A stretch of DNA of 64,000 bases from Candidatus Marinacidobacterales bacterium (GCA_965226495.1 OZ245365.1:1568001-1632000); one strand, 5' to 3'; counted from the first letter of the stretch, positions 19,710 to 29,599 are shown. Translations and numbers: made by a program. The notes: generated by a model not told the origin, from the sequence alone.

Positions 19710-21317
19710 ATGGCTACCGTGTTCGATAGAGTGGGCGCACTGCTAGGTCGAAAGTCCGAGGCCCGAACGGTTCTGTCCGTCGAGCCTGACCCAGTGAACT
19801 CGGTGGTAAAAAGCGCGGACGGATCGCTTCGTCTTGCCAACGAGGGCGATGGTCGATACGAACTCGTCGAGCTTGAGGACCGCCTCGGTGCCACTCCCGA
19901 CCGGCAGTCCCAGTACCTGTACCTTTTGCTATCACCAGAGTTGAAGGCCAAGCTGGCCGAACGTCTGGTTATCGAGATTGAATACTACGGAAAGTCATTC
20001 GGAACCTTTAGGTTGCAGTACAGCTCGACGGATCGGTCCGCACCGCACGACGGCCGATACAAAGAAGCAGAGCAGTTTTGGATCGGAGCGGAAACGGCTG
20101 AGCCGACATGGAAGAAGTGCCTTTTCGTCGTTGACGATTTCGACGCGGACGGTTCTCAAAACCTGGACGCGAGCTTCCGGCTCGAACTGAGGCAAGACTT
20201 CTACGTGTCGCAGGTTGTGGTGTCACCCGAGCTGCCCGAAGACGCCGCTACGTTCTCCGTTAAGGCGCCGCTTCCTTCGCTGCGCAAGTCGCCCAATCGG
20301 GTCTACCCCATCTGGTGGCTCTTCGTGGAGCTCACCAATGTCTGCAATTTCCACTGCACGTTCTGTCCAGATGAAATCATGGAGCGCAAGCGCGGAATGA
20401 TGGATTTCGCCGAGGCGCGACGCCTCTTCGACATGATCGCGAGGGAAAAGCAAAGAATAGGACCACTGTATCCGGTCAAACTGCACCAAATGGGCGAACC
20501 GACCCTTCATCCGAATCTGGTCGAGATCGTTGCCCACGCGGAATCGCAAGGTGTTCCTATCGAGCTCAACACCAATTGCAGCATGCTGACCCCGGAGCTA
20601 GTGGACGGTCTCTACCGGGCCGGCCTAACCAATTTCATTCTGAGTTACCAGACGCCGGATGAAGAGTCCTTCAAGACGCGGAAGGTAATCAACAAGAATC
20701 TGACGTTCGATATCTATATGGAAAAGGTCCGGATGGCAGTGGAGCGTAAGGTGACGCTCTCCGCCTCTACCTATCTCGAAATCGATGTCATGAATACGGC
20801 CGGCTCCCACGAGATCCAAATCGTCAACGAGGAGACCCGCGCTAGTCGCGTTCTACTCGAATGGATAGCATTCGCCCGTTCGCTCGAGAGAAAGTACAAC
20901 TTGCCTCTCACCTCGCATAACCTCGACTCCGTTCAGGGGGGCTTTCGTTTCCTCGACCATGACGAGGACACTGGTCGCTACACCCTGTTGCCGGGAGTAG
21001 ACCTCATCTGGAAACGCCTCCATACCTGGGGCAATGTCATCCAACCGGAGGAAGTCCGAAAGACCGTTGATGGCTATTGTCCGGCACCGAACGAGCAGTT
21101 CGTCATCTTATGGGACGGTCGGGTGACGGTGTGCTGCACCGACTACGAGGGCCGGCTATCGGTGGGGGATATCAAGAAGCAAACCATCGAGGAGATTTGG
21201 AACGGCCCCGGATGGCGTCACATGCGGGAACAAATGTGGAACGACGTCCTCGAGAACGAGACCTGCCGCGTCTGTAAAGGCGTGGAAGCTCCGAAGTTGG
21301 TTCAGATTTCTGTGTAA
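19710..21317 (+). CDS. Radical SAM/SPASM(twitch) protein with extra N-terminal domain
   Basis: CNFHCTFC, GEP, NTN; C-terminal CPAP...VCCTD...CRVC. Confidence 0.9.
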   Translation: MATVFDRVGALLGRKSEARTVLSVEPDPVNSVVKSADGSLRLANEGDGRYELVELEDRLGATPDRQSQYLYLLLSPELKAKLAERLVIEIEYYGKSFGTFRLQYSSTDRSAPHDGRYKEAEQFWIGAETAEPTWKKCLFVVDDFDADGSQNLDASFRLELRQDFYVSQVVVSPELPEDAATFSVKAPLPSLRKSPNRVYPIWWLFVELTNVCNFHCTFCPDEIMERKRGMMDFAEARRLFDMIAREKQRIGPLYPVKLHQMGEPTLHPNLVEIVAHAESQGVPIELNTNCSMLTPELVDGLYRAGLTNFILSYQTPDEESFKTRKVINKNLTFDIYMEKVRMAVERKVTLSASTYLEIDVMNTAGSHEIQIVNEETRASRVLLEWIAFARSLERKYNLPLTSHNLDSVQGGFRFLDHDEDTGRYTLLPGVDLIWKRLHTWGNVIQPEEVRKTVDGYCPAPNEQFVILWDGRVTVCCTDYEGRLSVGDIKKQTIEEIWNGPGWRHMREQMWNDVLENETCRVCKGVEAPKLVQISV

Positions 21318-21492
21318 GGGGGCCCCACCCCCAGGCGCCGGCCCTCACTCCTCAATTAATGGCGCGGGGCCCCACCCCCACGCCTCATGCTTCGCCGACT
21401 ACGCGACTCCGCATGGGCTCATGGCTGCGTTCGGCCCCTGGCCTCCGCTCGGCAGCTCGCTGCGGCCGGCGGGCGCGCGGGCTGAGGGCTCT
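21318..21492 (+). repeat. Mosaic intergenic element
   Basis: Two GGGGCCCCACCCCC cores; 27-mer at 21428-21454 identical to reverse of 32818-32844; ends GCTGAGGGCTC. Confidence 0.8.
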
Positions 21493-21512
21493 CCTACGCG
21501 CTCGAAGCGTTT

Positions 21513-22967
21513 CTATCGTTCCGTCTCCTTTTTGCTTCCCTTGCTCAAGTAGCCGAGGGCTTCTAGGTTTCGAAGGGTTTCCTGCGACAGCTGCTCATCC
21601 TGTCGGGCGGGGGTTCCACCGCGATTGCGATCCGTCTCCTGTTGCCACGCCACCGTTCGAGTCTTGAAGCTCCCGAGTTCCGCCTGAAGGCGAGCGATGG
21701 ATGCCTGAGAGCTCTGGTAGCGGTCTTGCAACTCGTCCGGATCCCGCCATGTATCGTAGAGCTCGTAGCGGCCTTTTCCCTCCGGCTTTTCTGGATAGTG
21801 GATCAATTTGAGTCGGCCATTGCTGATTCCCACTTGATGCTGATCGTTTTGAAAGAAGAACTGATCGTGCAGCCGATCTTGGCTGCGTCGCACCGGGGCT
21901 AGTAAGGATCGGCCCTGCAAGCCAGGCGGAAAAGTGACCTGAGCGAGATCCAAGACGGTAGGGAAGATATCCAAGGTCGAAACGGCGGCCTGAACAACCT
22001 CGCCTCGAGGAAGGATTCCCGGAAACGACAAGATCAGCGGAATGCGCAGCGACGGATCGAAGAGATCGTTTCCGTGATCGAAGAAGTAATCGTGCTCGCC
22101 AAGGCTCTCGCCGTGATCGGAAGTGAGGACGACCAGGGTTGAGTCGCGGTGAGCGCTTTCGTCGAGGGCATCCAGAATGCGCCCGATTTGACGATCGGCG
22201 AAAGCGATCTCCGCGTCGTAGTGGTCGACGTAGTCTCCCCAGCGAGACTCCCCGGCAACAGGGAGACGGCGATTGATTCCACCGTGATAGCCGACCACTT
22301 GTTCAAGCTTCGGGCCACGCGGCACGACGTCGTCGTCCTCGAAGGACTTCAAGAAGTCCTCGGGCGGGTCGTAGGGGGTATGTGGATTCACGTAGTGGAT
22401 CCAAAGGAAAAACGGCTTCGCCTCGTCGTGGTTTGCTAGAAAGTCGAGCGCGAAGCTCGTGAGGTCCTCGGTTTTTTCCGCCTCGGTTTCCCCGGTGAGC
22501 CAGACCTGTTCGTAGCGGTCGAATCCTTGAGCAAACCCTAGTGCTCGATCCAGGTTGCCATTGTCCACCGCCGCGGCTGTCGAATACCCGGCGTCTCTCA
22601 GCGTTTCGGCCAGAGTTTGGTTGTAGTCCGGCAAATCACGGTCGCGGACGGTGAGGCCGTTCTGCGCGGCATAGAGTGACGTGAACATCGCTGCAAAACT
22701 TCCGCGCGTCTTCGGCCAGTAGGTAAACGCATTATCGAAGAGAACGCCGCGGGCTGCCAAACCATCTATCGCCGGGCTCGTCTGCCGAGGGTAACCGTAG
22801 GAGCTCACGTGATCGGCGCGAAGCGTATCGATAGTGAGGAGCAATACATTGATGCCGGCGTTGGTCACTACAGGCTCGACTTTCTCAGGTTCACGCCGAC
22901 AGCCGGCCAGAATGAGCACAGTAAAAAGTTGAGCAACAATGAGGGTTGCCCCCCAACTTCTCATCAA
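21513..22967 (-). CDS. Sulfatase-like lipoprotein
   Basis: LAGC lipobox, IDTLRAD, TSDHGE, LEALGYL. Confidence 0.88.
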   Translation of the reverse strand: MMRSWGATLIVAQLFTVLILAGCRREPEKVEPVVTNAGINVLLLTIDTLRADHVSSYGYPRQTSPAIDGLAARGVLFDNAFTYWPKTRGSFAAMFTSLYAAQNGLTVRDRDLPDYNQTLAETLRDAGYSTAAAVDNGNLDRALGFAQGFDRYEQVWLTGETEAEKTEDLTSFALDFLANHDEAKPFFLWIHYVNPHTPYDPPEDFLKSFEDDDVVPRGPKLEQVVGYHGGINRRLPVAGESRWGDYVDHYDAEIAFADRQIGRILDALDESAHRDSTLVVLTSDHGESLGEHDYFFDHGNDLFDPSLRIPLILSFPGILPRGEVVQAAVSTLDIFPTVLDLAQVTFPPGLQGRSLLAPVRRSQDRLHDQFFFQNDQHQVGISNGRLKLIHYPEKPEGKGRYELYDTWRDPDELQDRYQSSQASIARLQAELGSFKTRTVAWQQETDRNRGGTPARQDEQLSQETLRNLEALGYLSKGSKKETER

Positions 22968-23863
22968 CGGTTCACTTCCGCCTTCGCGGCCCTCGAATGG
23001 ATTTCGATGAGTTTCTGTTGCGCATCGTGCTCCGGGCTGCGAAGTGGTGCTCGTGCAGGGCCGCCGTAGAAGCCGGTTTGATCGAGGAGGAATTTGAGGC
23101 CCGCAACGCCGAAATTGATCGTCACCGCGTTGTTGATGGGCACCAGCGCGTGCTGCAGCTTGCGCGCACGCTCCAAATCTCCGCGCTCGAAGGCCTCCAT
23201 GAGATCGACTGCGAGATCGTAGGCGGTATTGGCCACCGCCAGGATGGCTCCCTGGGCGCCCACGGTCAACGCGGCCAGCAGAAGGCTGCCCGAGCCGGTC
23301 AAGACCGAAAAATCTGCGGGGGCGAGGCGACAGATCTCTTGAACTTGGAGCATGTCTCCTGCGCTATCTTTGATCCCCACGATGTTCGGATGAGAGGCGA
23401 GCTCCACCGCCAATTCGGCGCCCATGTTGAGCATCGTAAAGATGGGTACGTTATAGAGTACGATCGGTATCGGACTTTGCTCTGCAACCTCCACATAGTG
23501 GGCTCGCAACGCATCCGATGACATGGCCCGTTTGTAGTAGGCGGGAGTGACTACCATTGCGAAGTCTGCTCCCGTTTCTCCCGCCCAACGAGTAAGAGCA
23601 ACGGTTTGCCGGGTCGACTCACAGCCGGTTCCCGCCAACATGATTTTGTCGCTCCCGATTTCTTGTCGTGCTCGTCCTAGCACTCTCTTCTTCTCTTCTT
23701 CGGTGAGGTAGACGAATTCACCGGTTGAGCCGAGCACCGCGAAACCGGCGAGCCTCGTCTTACTCCAACGCTTGATGTTGTCGGCCAGGCGATCGAGCGC
23801 CAACTCTTCGTTGTCATCGAAGGCGGTCGGGATGGGTGCAACGATGCCCTTTAACTCTTTCAC
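22964..23863 (-). CDS. DHDPS/DapA-family aldolase (HOGA-like)
   Basis: GSTGE, LYNVP, GIKDS. Confidence 0.9.
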   Translation of the reverse strand: MKELKGIVAPIPTAFDDNEELALDRLADNIKRWSKTRLAGFAVLGSTGEFVYLTEEEKKRVLGRARQEIGSDKIMLAGTGCESTRQTVALTRWAGETGADFAMVVTPAYYKRAMSSDALRAHYVEVAEQSPIPIVLYNVPIFTMLNMGAELAVELASHPNIVGIKDSAGDMLQVQEICRLAPADFSVLTGSGSLLLAALTVGAQGAILAVANTAYDLAVDLMEAFERGDLERARKLQHALVPINNAVTINFGVAGLKFLLDQTGFYGGPARAPLRSPEHDAQQKLIEIHSRAAKAEVNR

Positions 23864-23864
23864 T

Positions 23865-24347
23865 TCAGGCTCCTCTCGTCTCGGGTTGGGAGACCCGAAT
23901 CTCGCGTGTTTGTTCGTCCAGAGCTTTCAAGTGGATCCACACTGCTGCGGAGCGAAAACCGCGCCCCAGCTGGGCGAGTTTACTCGGCCACTCTACCACT
24001 ATGGCCGCACGCCGTTCCTCGACTTCGTCTTCCAGCTCCTCCAGTCCCAGTTCGTCGAGCTCACGCTCGTTTTCGATACGGTAGAGGTCGATGTGATAGA
24101 CGACGTGACTTCCGCCGCTGTATCGATTCACCAAGGCAAAGGTCGGGCTGACGACGCGGTCGGGCTCCACCCTGTAGCCGGAAGCGATTCCCTTGGCGAG
24201 TAGTGTCTTCCCGGCGCCGAGATCCCCGTCGAGATAAAAACAAGCTCCGTCGGGATGAAGGTCTGCGAGCGCCTTCCCGATGGCCATGGTCTCCTCGGGC
24301 GAACCGCTGCGATGGAGGGTCTCCTTCGAGGCGGATGAGGTCTTCAA
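23865..24347 (-). CDS. tsaE: t6A biosynthesis ATPase TsaE
   Basis: GDLGAGKT, SPTF, HIDLYR, VEW. Confidence 0.95.
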   Translation of the reverse strand: MKTSSASKETLHRSGSPEETMAIGKALADLHPDGACFYLDGDLGAGKTLLAKGIASGYRVEPDRVVSPTFALVNRYSGGSHVVYHIDLYRIENERELDELGLEELEDEVEERRAAIVVEWPSKLAQLGRGFRSAAVWIHLKALDEQTREIRVSQPETRGA

Positions 24348-25897
24348 TCGTCTTCCAAGCTGCGAATACTGTTCGGCAGCTTACGAATCAAATCGGTTGC
24401 GATGAGGGACGTTTCCCCGACTTCTTCGGCCGCAAGATCACCGGCACGGCCGTGCAGAAAGACTCCAAGGCGCAGAGCAACATCGACCGGTTGTCTCGAG
24501 AGAAGCGCTCCCACGATACCGGTCAAGACATCCCCGGTGCCTCCGGTTGCCATCCCGGGATTCCCGGTCAGGTTAATGTAAACCTCGCCGGCGGGATCAG
24601 AAATGAGACTGCGAGAACCCTTGAGCACAACGAATGCCTTTGTCAACGACGAGAGTTTACGCACAGACTCGAGCCGGTTCGCTTGAATTTCACTCGGGGT
24701 GCACCCGAGTAGTCGGGCGGCTTCGCCGGGATGCGGAGTGAGGCCGAGTGGCCTGTTCGGTGGGAAAGCGGCAGCGTCTCCCTCGAAAGCGTTTAGGCCA
24801 TCAGCGTCGACCACTACTGGGAGTTCCGTTTCCTGCACCAGCTTCTTCACCAAAGCTATGGTGTCGGGATCCCGACCGAGCCCGGGGCCGATCGCCAGAG
24901 CGGTTTTGCCGACGAGGAGCTCTTGCAAGCGAGCGTATGCGGCTTGGGAGATAGCGCCGTTCGTCGTTTGCTCGAGAGGCTCCCACATGGATTCTGGCAG
25001 AGTAGGAGCCATGAGGGGAAGAGCCCCGCTCGCTGAGGCCACGGTTACGATACCGACCCCTGAACGGAGCGCCGCATTCGCCGCCATCACTGCGGCTCCC
25101 GGTTTCCCTACCGACCCACCGACGATCAAGAGGTGGCCGAAGTCACCTTTGTGCGCATCGGACTTACGTTTGGGCAGGAAGGCTACCAAAGACTCGGCCT
25201 CGACGGTTTGAAGACGACTGCCGACGGTTTCTAGCACTGGTTCTGGGATTCCGATGTCCACGACCTCGAGCCGACCCACGCGAGTAGAGGCGGGAGGGAG
25301 CATGTGGCAGACCTTCGGAGCCGCCAGGGCTACCGTGAGGTCGGATCGGATAGCCTCGCCGGGTATCTCTCCTGTATCCGAAGAAAGACCGGACGGCACA
25401 TCCACCGAGACCTTGAAGCTGGAAATCCTGTTGACGTCATGGATCGCCGCCTGGAGCAGGCCACGTGCTTCCTTGGTCAAACCGGTTCCCAACAGGGCGT
25501 CGACGACGACGTCGGAGCGAGCGACCTCGGGGAGGACGGCGCGCCATTTCGACTCATCGGGCACTGCCTCGACGGAGAGGCCCAGTTTCTGAGCCGCGTC
25601 GAGGTTGTCTTTCGCATCGCCTTTCAGCTCTTCGAATCGGCAGAGCAGCCAAGCACGGGCGGCGATGCCGTGAGTCGCGAGATATCTCAAAACCACTAGC
25701 CCGTCGCCTCCGTTGTTGCCCTTTCCACATAAGACGGCGACCCTTCGCGAGCTAAGGTTGGGTAGCGTTCGCTCGATCGTCCGAACCACCGCCCGCCCCG
25801 CGCTCTCCATGAGAGCCCGGCCTGGGATACCGATTTCCTCGATAGTGCGTCGATCCGCCTCACGCATCTCGGAAGCCGTGAACACTCGCATGATCAA
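24344..25897 (-). CDS. nnr: Bifunctional NAD(P)HX epimerase/dehydratase
   Basis: GKGNNGGDG, DVPSG, HKG, GPGLG, DAD, TPHPGE, GTGD. Confidence 0.95.
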   Translation of the reverse strand: MIMRVFTASEMREADRRTIEEIGIPGRALMESAGRAVVRTIERTLPNLSSRRVAVLCGKGNNGGDGLVVLRYLATHGIAARAWLLCRFEELKGDAKDNLDAAQKLGLSVEAVPDESKWRAVLPEVARSDVVVDALLGTGLTKEARGLLQAAIHDVNRISSFKVSVDVPSGLSSDTGEIPGEAIRSDLTVALAAPKVCHMLPPASTRVGRLEVVDIGIPEPVLETVGSRLQTVEAESLVAFLPKRKSDAHKGDFGHLLIVGGSVGKPGAAVMAANAALRSGVGIVTVASASGALPLMAPTLPESMWEPLEQTTNGAISQAAYARLQELLVGKTALAIGPGLGRDPDTIALVKKLVQETELPVVVDADGLNAFEGDAAAFPPNRPLGLTPHPGEAARLLGCTPSEIQANRLESVRKLSSLTKAFVVLKGSRSLISDPAGEVYINLTGNPGMATGGTGDVLTGIVGALLSRQPVDVALRLGVFLHGRAGDLAAEEVGETSLIATDLIRKLPNSIRSLEDD

Positions 25898-25934
25898 CAG
25901 TATATATCGCCGCTTAGTTGACGGTCACGACGTC

Positions 25935-25963
25935 TTGACGCACTCTGCAGCGCAGTTTAGGCT
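25935..25963 (+). promoter_or_regulatory. Putative sigma70 promoter
   Basis: TTGACG-N17-TAGGCT before the aminotransferase. Confidence 0.45.
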
Positions 25964-25995
25964 TAAGCGCTTCTGCGAGATGTCTGGGAGATTCC

Positions 25996-26862
25996 ATGGC
26001 CATTCGGATCAACGTGAACGGAAAGTTAGGCAGCGAGCACGATCTCATGCTGTCTCCGCTGGATCTGGGGTTCGTCTTTGGCGCCAGCGTTTATGAGACG
26101 ATCCGCACCTATAACGGCCGCCCGTTCCTTTTGGAGCGGCATCTGAAGCGGCTTAGGGAGTCAGCATCGAGCATTCACATCTCAATCGATGTGACCAACG
26201 AGGAGCTCTCCGGTCGTATCGAAGAGACCATCGCAGTAGCATCCAATGCGGAGTCCTACGTCCGCATCATCGTGTCCGGGGGGGTAGGTGCGATCGAGTA
26301 CCGGCGAGGTGAGGGAGAGGCGCCGCACCCTACGGTCGTGATTCTAGTGAAGCCTCTTCCCATAGTTCCACCCCGGCTCTACAAGGAAGGTGTCGGTGTT
26401 GCAATGGTGGGAGTGGTTAGAAACCACCCCCAGAGCGTGAGCCCTCGTATCAAATCCTCGAGCTTACTCAACAACATGTTCGCGATGCGGGAAGCACAGT
26501 CTCGTGGTGCCGAGGAAGCGGTGATGTTAAATCACCGTGGGGAGGTCGCGGAAGGCTCGCTGACGAACATCTTCTTGGTCAAGGATGGTGTGGTGCGGAC
26601 TCCTTCCGTGGAGGTTGGCATCTTGGCCGGCATCACTCGCGAGTTGGTGCTCAACTTGGCTAAAGAATTAGGGTTCGAGACGCGGGAGGGCATCCTATTA
26701 CCCGACGAGCTTGTTCACGCGGACGAGGTATTCCTTACCAGCAGTACGAAGGAGATCCTTCCGGTCGTAACCGTCGATGACAAGCAAATAAGGGACGGCC
26801 GTCCAGGATCGGTGACGCTCGCGCTGCTCGGGGCATATCGGGAGAAGGTGAGCCGCAACTGA
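25996..26862 (+). CDS. Class IV PLP aminotransferase (IlvE/DAAT-like)
   Basis: YETIR, HLKRL, IKS, EGSLTN, LAGITR. Confidence 0.92.
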   Translation: MAIRINVNGKLGSEHDLMLSPLDLGFVFGASVYETIRTYNGRPFLLERHLKRLRESASSIHISIDVTNEELSGRIEETIAVASNAESYVRIIVSGGVGAIEYRRGEGEAPHPTVVILVKPLPIVPPRLYKEGVGVAMVGVVRNHPQSVSPRIKSSSLLNNMFAMREAQSRGAEEAVMLNHRGEVAEGSLTNIFLVKDGVVRTPSVEVGILAGITRELVLNLAKELGFETREGILLPDELVHADEVFLTSSTKEILPVVTVDDKQIRDGRPGSVTLALLGAYREKVSRN

Positions 26863-26868
26863 CGGGAG

Positions 26869-28461
26869 CTATATCCGTCGTTCAACTTCCGGGAAATTCT
26901 GCCACACGGGGACTCCGCAAAACCGATCGCCTTCCGTGCAGCGCGGTGAGGCGACGCCGTTTCGTATCACACACGGCGGTCCCATGTAACGAGCAATGCC
27001 AGGATGCACTCGGCGCACTTGTTCCAGCTCGTCGATGGAGGCTCGATAGATTTCCTCCTGGGCGTTGAAACACGTCCGCATTGTCCATTTGTGCATGAGG
27101 TAGATGAGCGCGCCGGACTCTACGAAACGGACCGACTTCGCATTGGGTAACACGTAAAGCGCCCATTCGAGCGGCACGCCTAACTTCAGCAGACGATTCT
27201 TGGTGTCCCAAGCCTCGTCCATAGCCTCGCGATAGAGAGACAAAGCAGTGGGGTTGGCTTCGATCAACATCGGGACGATGTAGTCGGGCTGTGTGGTGTC
27301 GGCCAAGGTCATGAGCGGTCGCGAGCCGGGAACCATGCGGTGCCGTTGATCCTGAGAATCCGCGGTATGGCTGATCTTCTTCGAGAAGGCGTAGCTTGCA
27401 TGGTAGAGAGCGCGCATGATGGGTGAGTGCACCGCGACGTTCAGGGTGTCGGTTCGGAGGGGATTGAGATGCGGATCCAAAATGCGACCGAGTGCCTCCT
27501 CGGTCGTGAGCTGCTCGCTTGATTGTCCGAGAACCGCGCGCAAGGCGTCGGCGACGACGGTTTCCGCCTCATCGGAATAGTCGATGAGTTTGGCGGTGCG
27601 TCCATCGAGTTTGCGGTCGAACTCCTCGCAGAAAGAGTCGGCGTTTTGCTGCGGCTGTGGGAAGCCGAATTCCGGAAGCTCGTCCCTGCCAAGTGGCGGC
27701 TCGCCGATCTTTTCAAAAAACAGGGGATCGATATCGCGGACGGCATTGACCATGGCGTCGATCACCAGGCCTGCTTCGTATGGAACATCGCTGGCCTGCT
27801 GCATTCGTCGGAGCCGGTGGAGGGTGATCCCGGAAATGGTGTGAATCATGGACGTGAAAGCAGCGATCGGGATGACGTAGCGCGCCGTCTCGATAGCCTT
27901 TTTCTCTGCTTCCCGGGCAATTCGCTTTCGCCGCTTTTCGTTCTTCGTCGAGCCGTTCTCGTGGAAGTGGCGGAGGTCGGCCATGATCTTCCAGGTGTCG
28001 CTCTTTAAGATCTCTGTGAGTCGCCGATAGTTTTCCCAGGCTCCGACGATGGCCGATTCGTAAACCGCCCCAGCCTCACCGTCTAGGGGGGGGACGAAGG
28101 CCTGCACTTCATCCAGGCGGACGTAACGTTGGCTCGACTGTTCGGAGTTGTAGAACGGATAGCTGTGCAGGAAGCTCCAAACGAACTGGCGGGAGATATT
28201 CTCCATCCCGAATGCGAAGTGCGCGTGCTGATAGACGGTATGATGCCCGCCGTCGTAGGTGGCCCTGCTGATGGAATCTCGCTGCCGGTCGGTGATCTCC
28301 GAGCTTTCCACGACCCGCGGCGAATAGCACGTACGAGCGGCGGCCATCGAGAGGTCGAAGGGATCGCTGAAGAAGGAGAGGAGCCGAATCCGGGGCGACT
28401 GCTTAACGAGTTTTTGGGCGGGTTCCGTAACCATCCTCGATTGAATTCCTGAGGGCGCCAT
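26869..28461 (-). CDS. thyX: Tandem-domain FAD-dependent thymidylate synthase ThyX-like protein
   Basis: AARTCY, GHHTVYQH, SEQSSQRY, ARY in domain 1; SQDQRHR, LYVLPNA, R.C..AQEEI in domain 2. Confidence 0.75.
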   Translation of the reverse strand: MAPSGIQSRMVTEPAQKLVKQSPRIRLLSFFSDPFDLSMAAARTCYSPRVVESSEITDRQRDSISRATYDGGHHTVYQHAHFAFGMENISRQFVWSFLHSYPFYNSEQSSQRYVRLDEVQAFVPPLDGEAGAVYESAIVGAWENYRRLTEILKSDTWKIMADLRHFHENGSTKNEKRRKRIAREAEKKAIETARYVIPIAAFTSMIHTISGITLHRLRRMQQASDVPYEAGLVIDAMVNAVRDIDPLFFEKIGEPPLGRDELPEFGFPQPQQNADSFCEEFDRKLDGRTAKLIDYSDEAETVVADALRAVLGQSSEQLTTEEALGRILDPHLNPLRTDTLNVAVHSPIMRALYHASYAFSKKISHTADSQDQRHRMVPGSRPLMTLADTTQPDYIVPMLIEANPTALSLYREAMDEAWDTKNRLLKLGVPLEWALYVLPNAKSVRFVESGALIYLMHKWTMRTCFNAQEEIYRASIDELEQVRRVHPGIARYMGPPCVIRNGVASPRCTEGDRFCGVPVWQNFPEVERRI

Positions 28462-28537
28462 CCTATCACACCCGTACCTCCGAGGCGCCAGGGTAGATGG
28501 TTTTAAAGAGAGGGGATTTCGGGGGAGCGGTGAGCGA

Positions 28538-28554
28538 CCCTACGACCTGCAGGG
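28538..28554 (-). promoter_or_regulatory. SECIS element for the C-terminal UGA
   Basis: CCCUGC-AGGUC-GUAGGG hairpin starting ~10 nt after UGA 28567; shares UGCAGGUC with the E. coli fdhF SECIS. Confidence 0.8.
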
Positions 28555-28555
28555 A

Positions 28556-28780
28556 TCAGACGGCTCAGGTTCCGCCCCAGCCGACGGTTACTTTATCGTC
28601 TTCGACGATAACCGGGACGCTTCGCCTGCCGTCCGAGAATTCGAGCATTCGCTTCATCCCTTCGGGAGCCTTCTTGACGTCGACGTAGTCGACCGGGGTG
28701 TTCTTCTTGGCGAATTCCTCACGGGCCGCCGAGGTGTAGGGTCAGCCCGCTTTGCCGAAGATGATGACTGCGTTCTCCAT
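28556..28780 (-). CDS. Glutaredoxin-like UXX-star selenoprotein (Sec13 and Sec72)
   Basis: MENAVIIFGKAG-U-PYTSAAREEFAKKNTPVDYVDVKKAPEGMKRMLEFSDGRRSVPVIVEDDKVTVGWGGT-U-AV*; missed by ORF track. Confidence 0.88.
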
Positions 28781-28822
28781 AGTTCCATTGTATCAGGCGC
28801 GAAGAGTCAGTGAGTGGTGCTC

Positions 28823-29599
28823 CTAGTCCATGGTTTGGCCGCCGCAAAGGTTGTACGTCTGGCCGGTGATCATCGATGCGTCGTCCGATGCCAAGTAGAG
28901 CACGAGCTTCGCCACTTCGTCCGGCTCTATAAACCGTTTCAGAGGGACCCCCGCGATCGCTTCCTCCCGAAACGCCTCCGCGGAGATCCCTAGAGCCTCC
29001 GCCGTTTCCTGAATGCCCTGTTCCGCCATGTCCGTTGTGACCCAGCCGGGACAAATGGCGTTGGCCGTGATCTGCCGGGACGCGAGCTCCAACGCCAAGG
29101 CGCGTGTAAAACCGAGCAGACCATGCTTGGAGGCGCAGTAGGCGGCGTAGGCAGGAACGCCGAACCGTCCCAGGACGGAGGAGATATTGATGATGCGCCC
29201 CCATCCCGAGCTCATGAGATCGAGCGACGCCTTGGTGATGAAGTAGGCTCCGGTTAAATTGGTGTCCAATATTTGGTGCCAACGGTCATCGGAGGGATCG
29301 TCGATCGGAGTGCGGCCCGACACGCCGGCGTTGTTCACGACCACATGCAGCTTTCCCCACGTGCGGCCGATCTCGGATATCGCCTCTTCGACCTCCGACT
29401 TGACCCGAACGTCACAACGAAGCGCAATGGCGCGCCTTTCCTCTCGATTGAGGGACTCCGCCAACTCTTCGATCTGCTGTACGTTCCGTGCCGCCAACGC
29501 CACATGGGCTCCCTCAGAGGCGAAAGCTTCGGCTATCGCGCGACCGATGCCGCGGCTGGCGCCGGTGACGAGTGCGACTCTTCCCATAAAACGTTTCAT
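28823..29599 (-). CDS. SDR family oxidoreductase
   Basis: TGASRGIG, NNAG, YCASK. Confidence 0.93.
   Translation of the reverse strand: MKRFMGRVALVTGASRGIGRAIAEAFASEGAHVALAARNVQQIEELAESLNREERRAIALRCDVRVKSEVEEAISEIGRTWGKLHVVVNNAGVSGRTPIDDPSDDRWHQILDTNLTGAYFITKASLDLMSSGWGRIINISSVLGRFGVPAYAAYCASKHGLLGFTRALALELASRQITANAICPGWVTTDMAEQGIQETAEALGISAEAFREEAIAGVPLKRFIEPDEVAKLVLYLASDDASMITGQTYNLCGGQTMD

Noticed and set aside
21359-21667. MARGPTPTP-type ORFs (also 42057, 46975, 47263, 32692)
   Set aside because: Translations of the non-coding repeat family with no coding support
19710-22967. Anaerobic sulfatase maturase plus substrate sulfatase
   Set aside because: Genes are convergent and the sulfatase-like protein lacks the C/SxPxR motif
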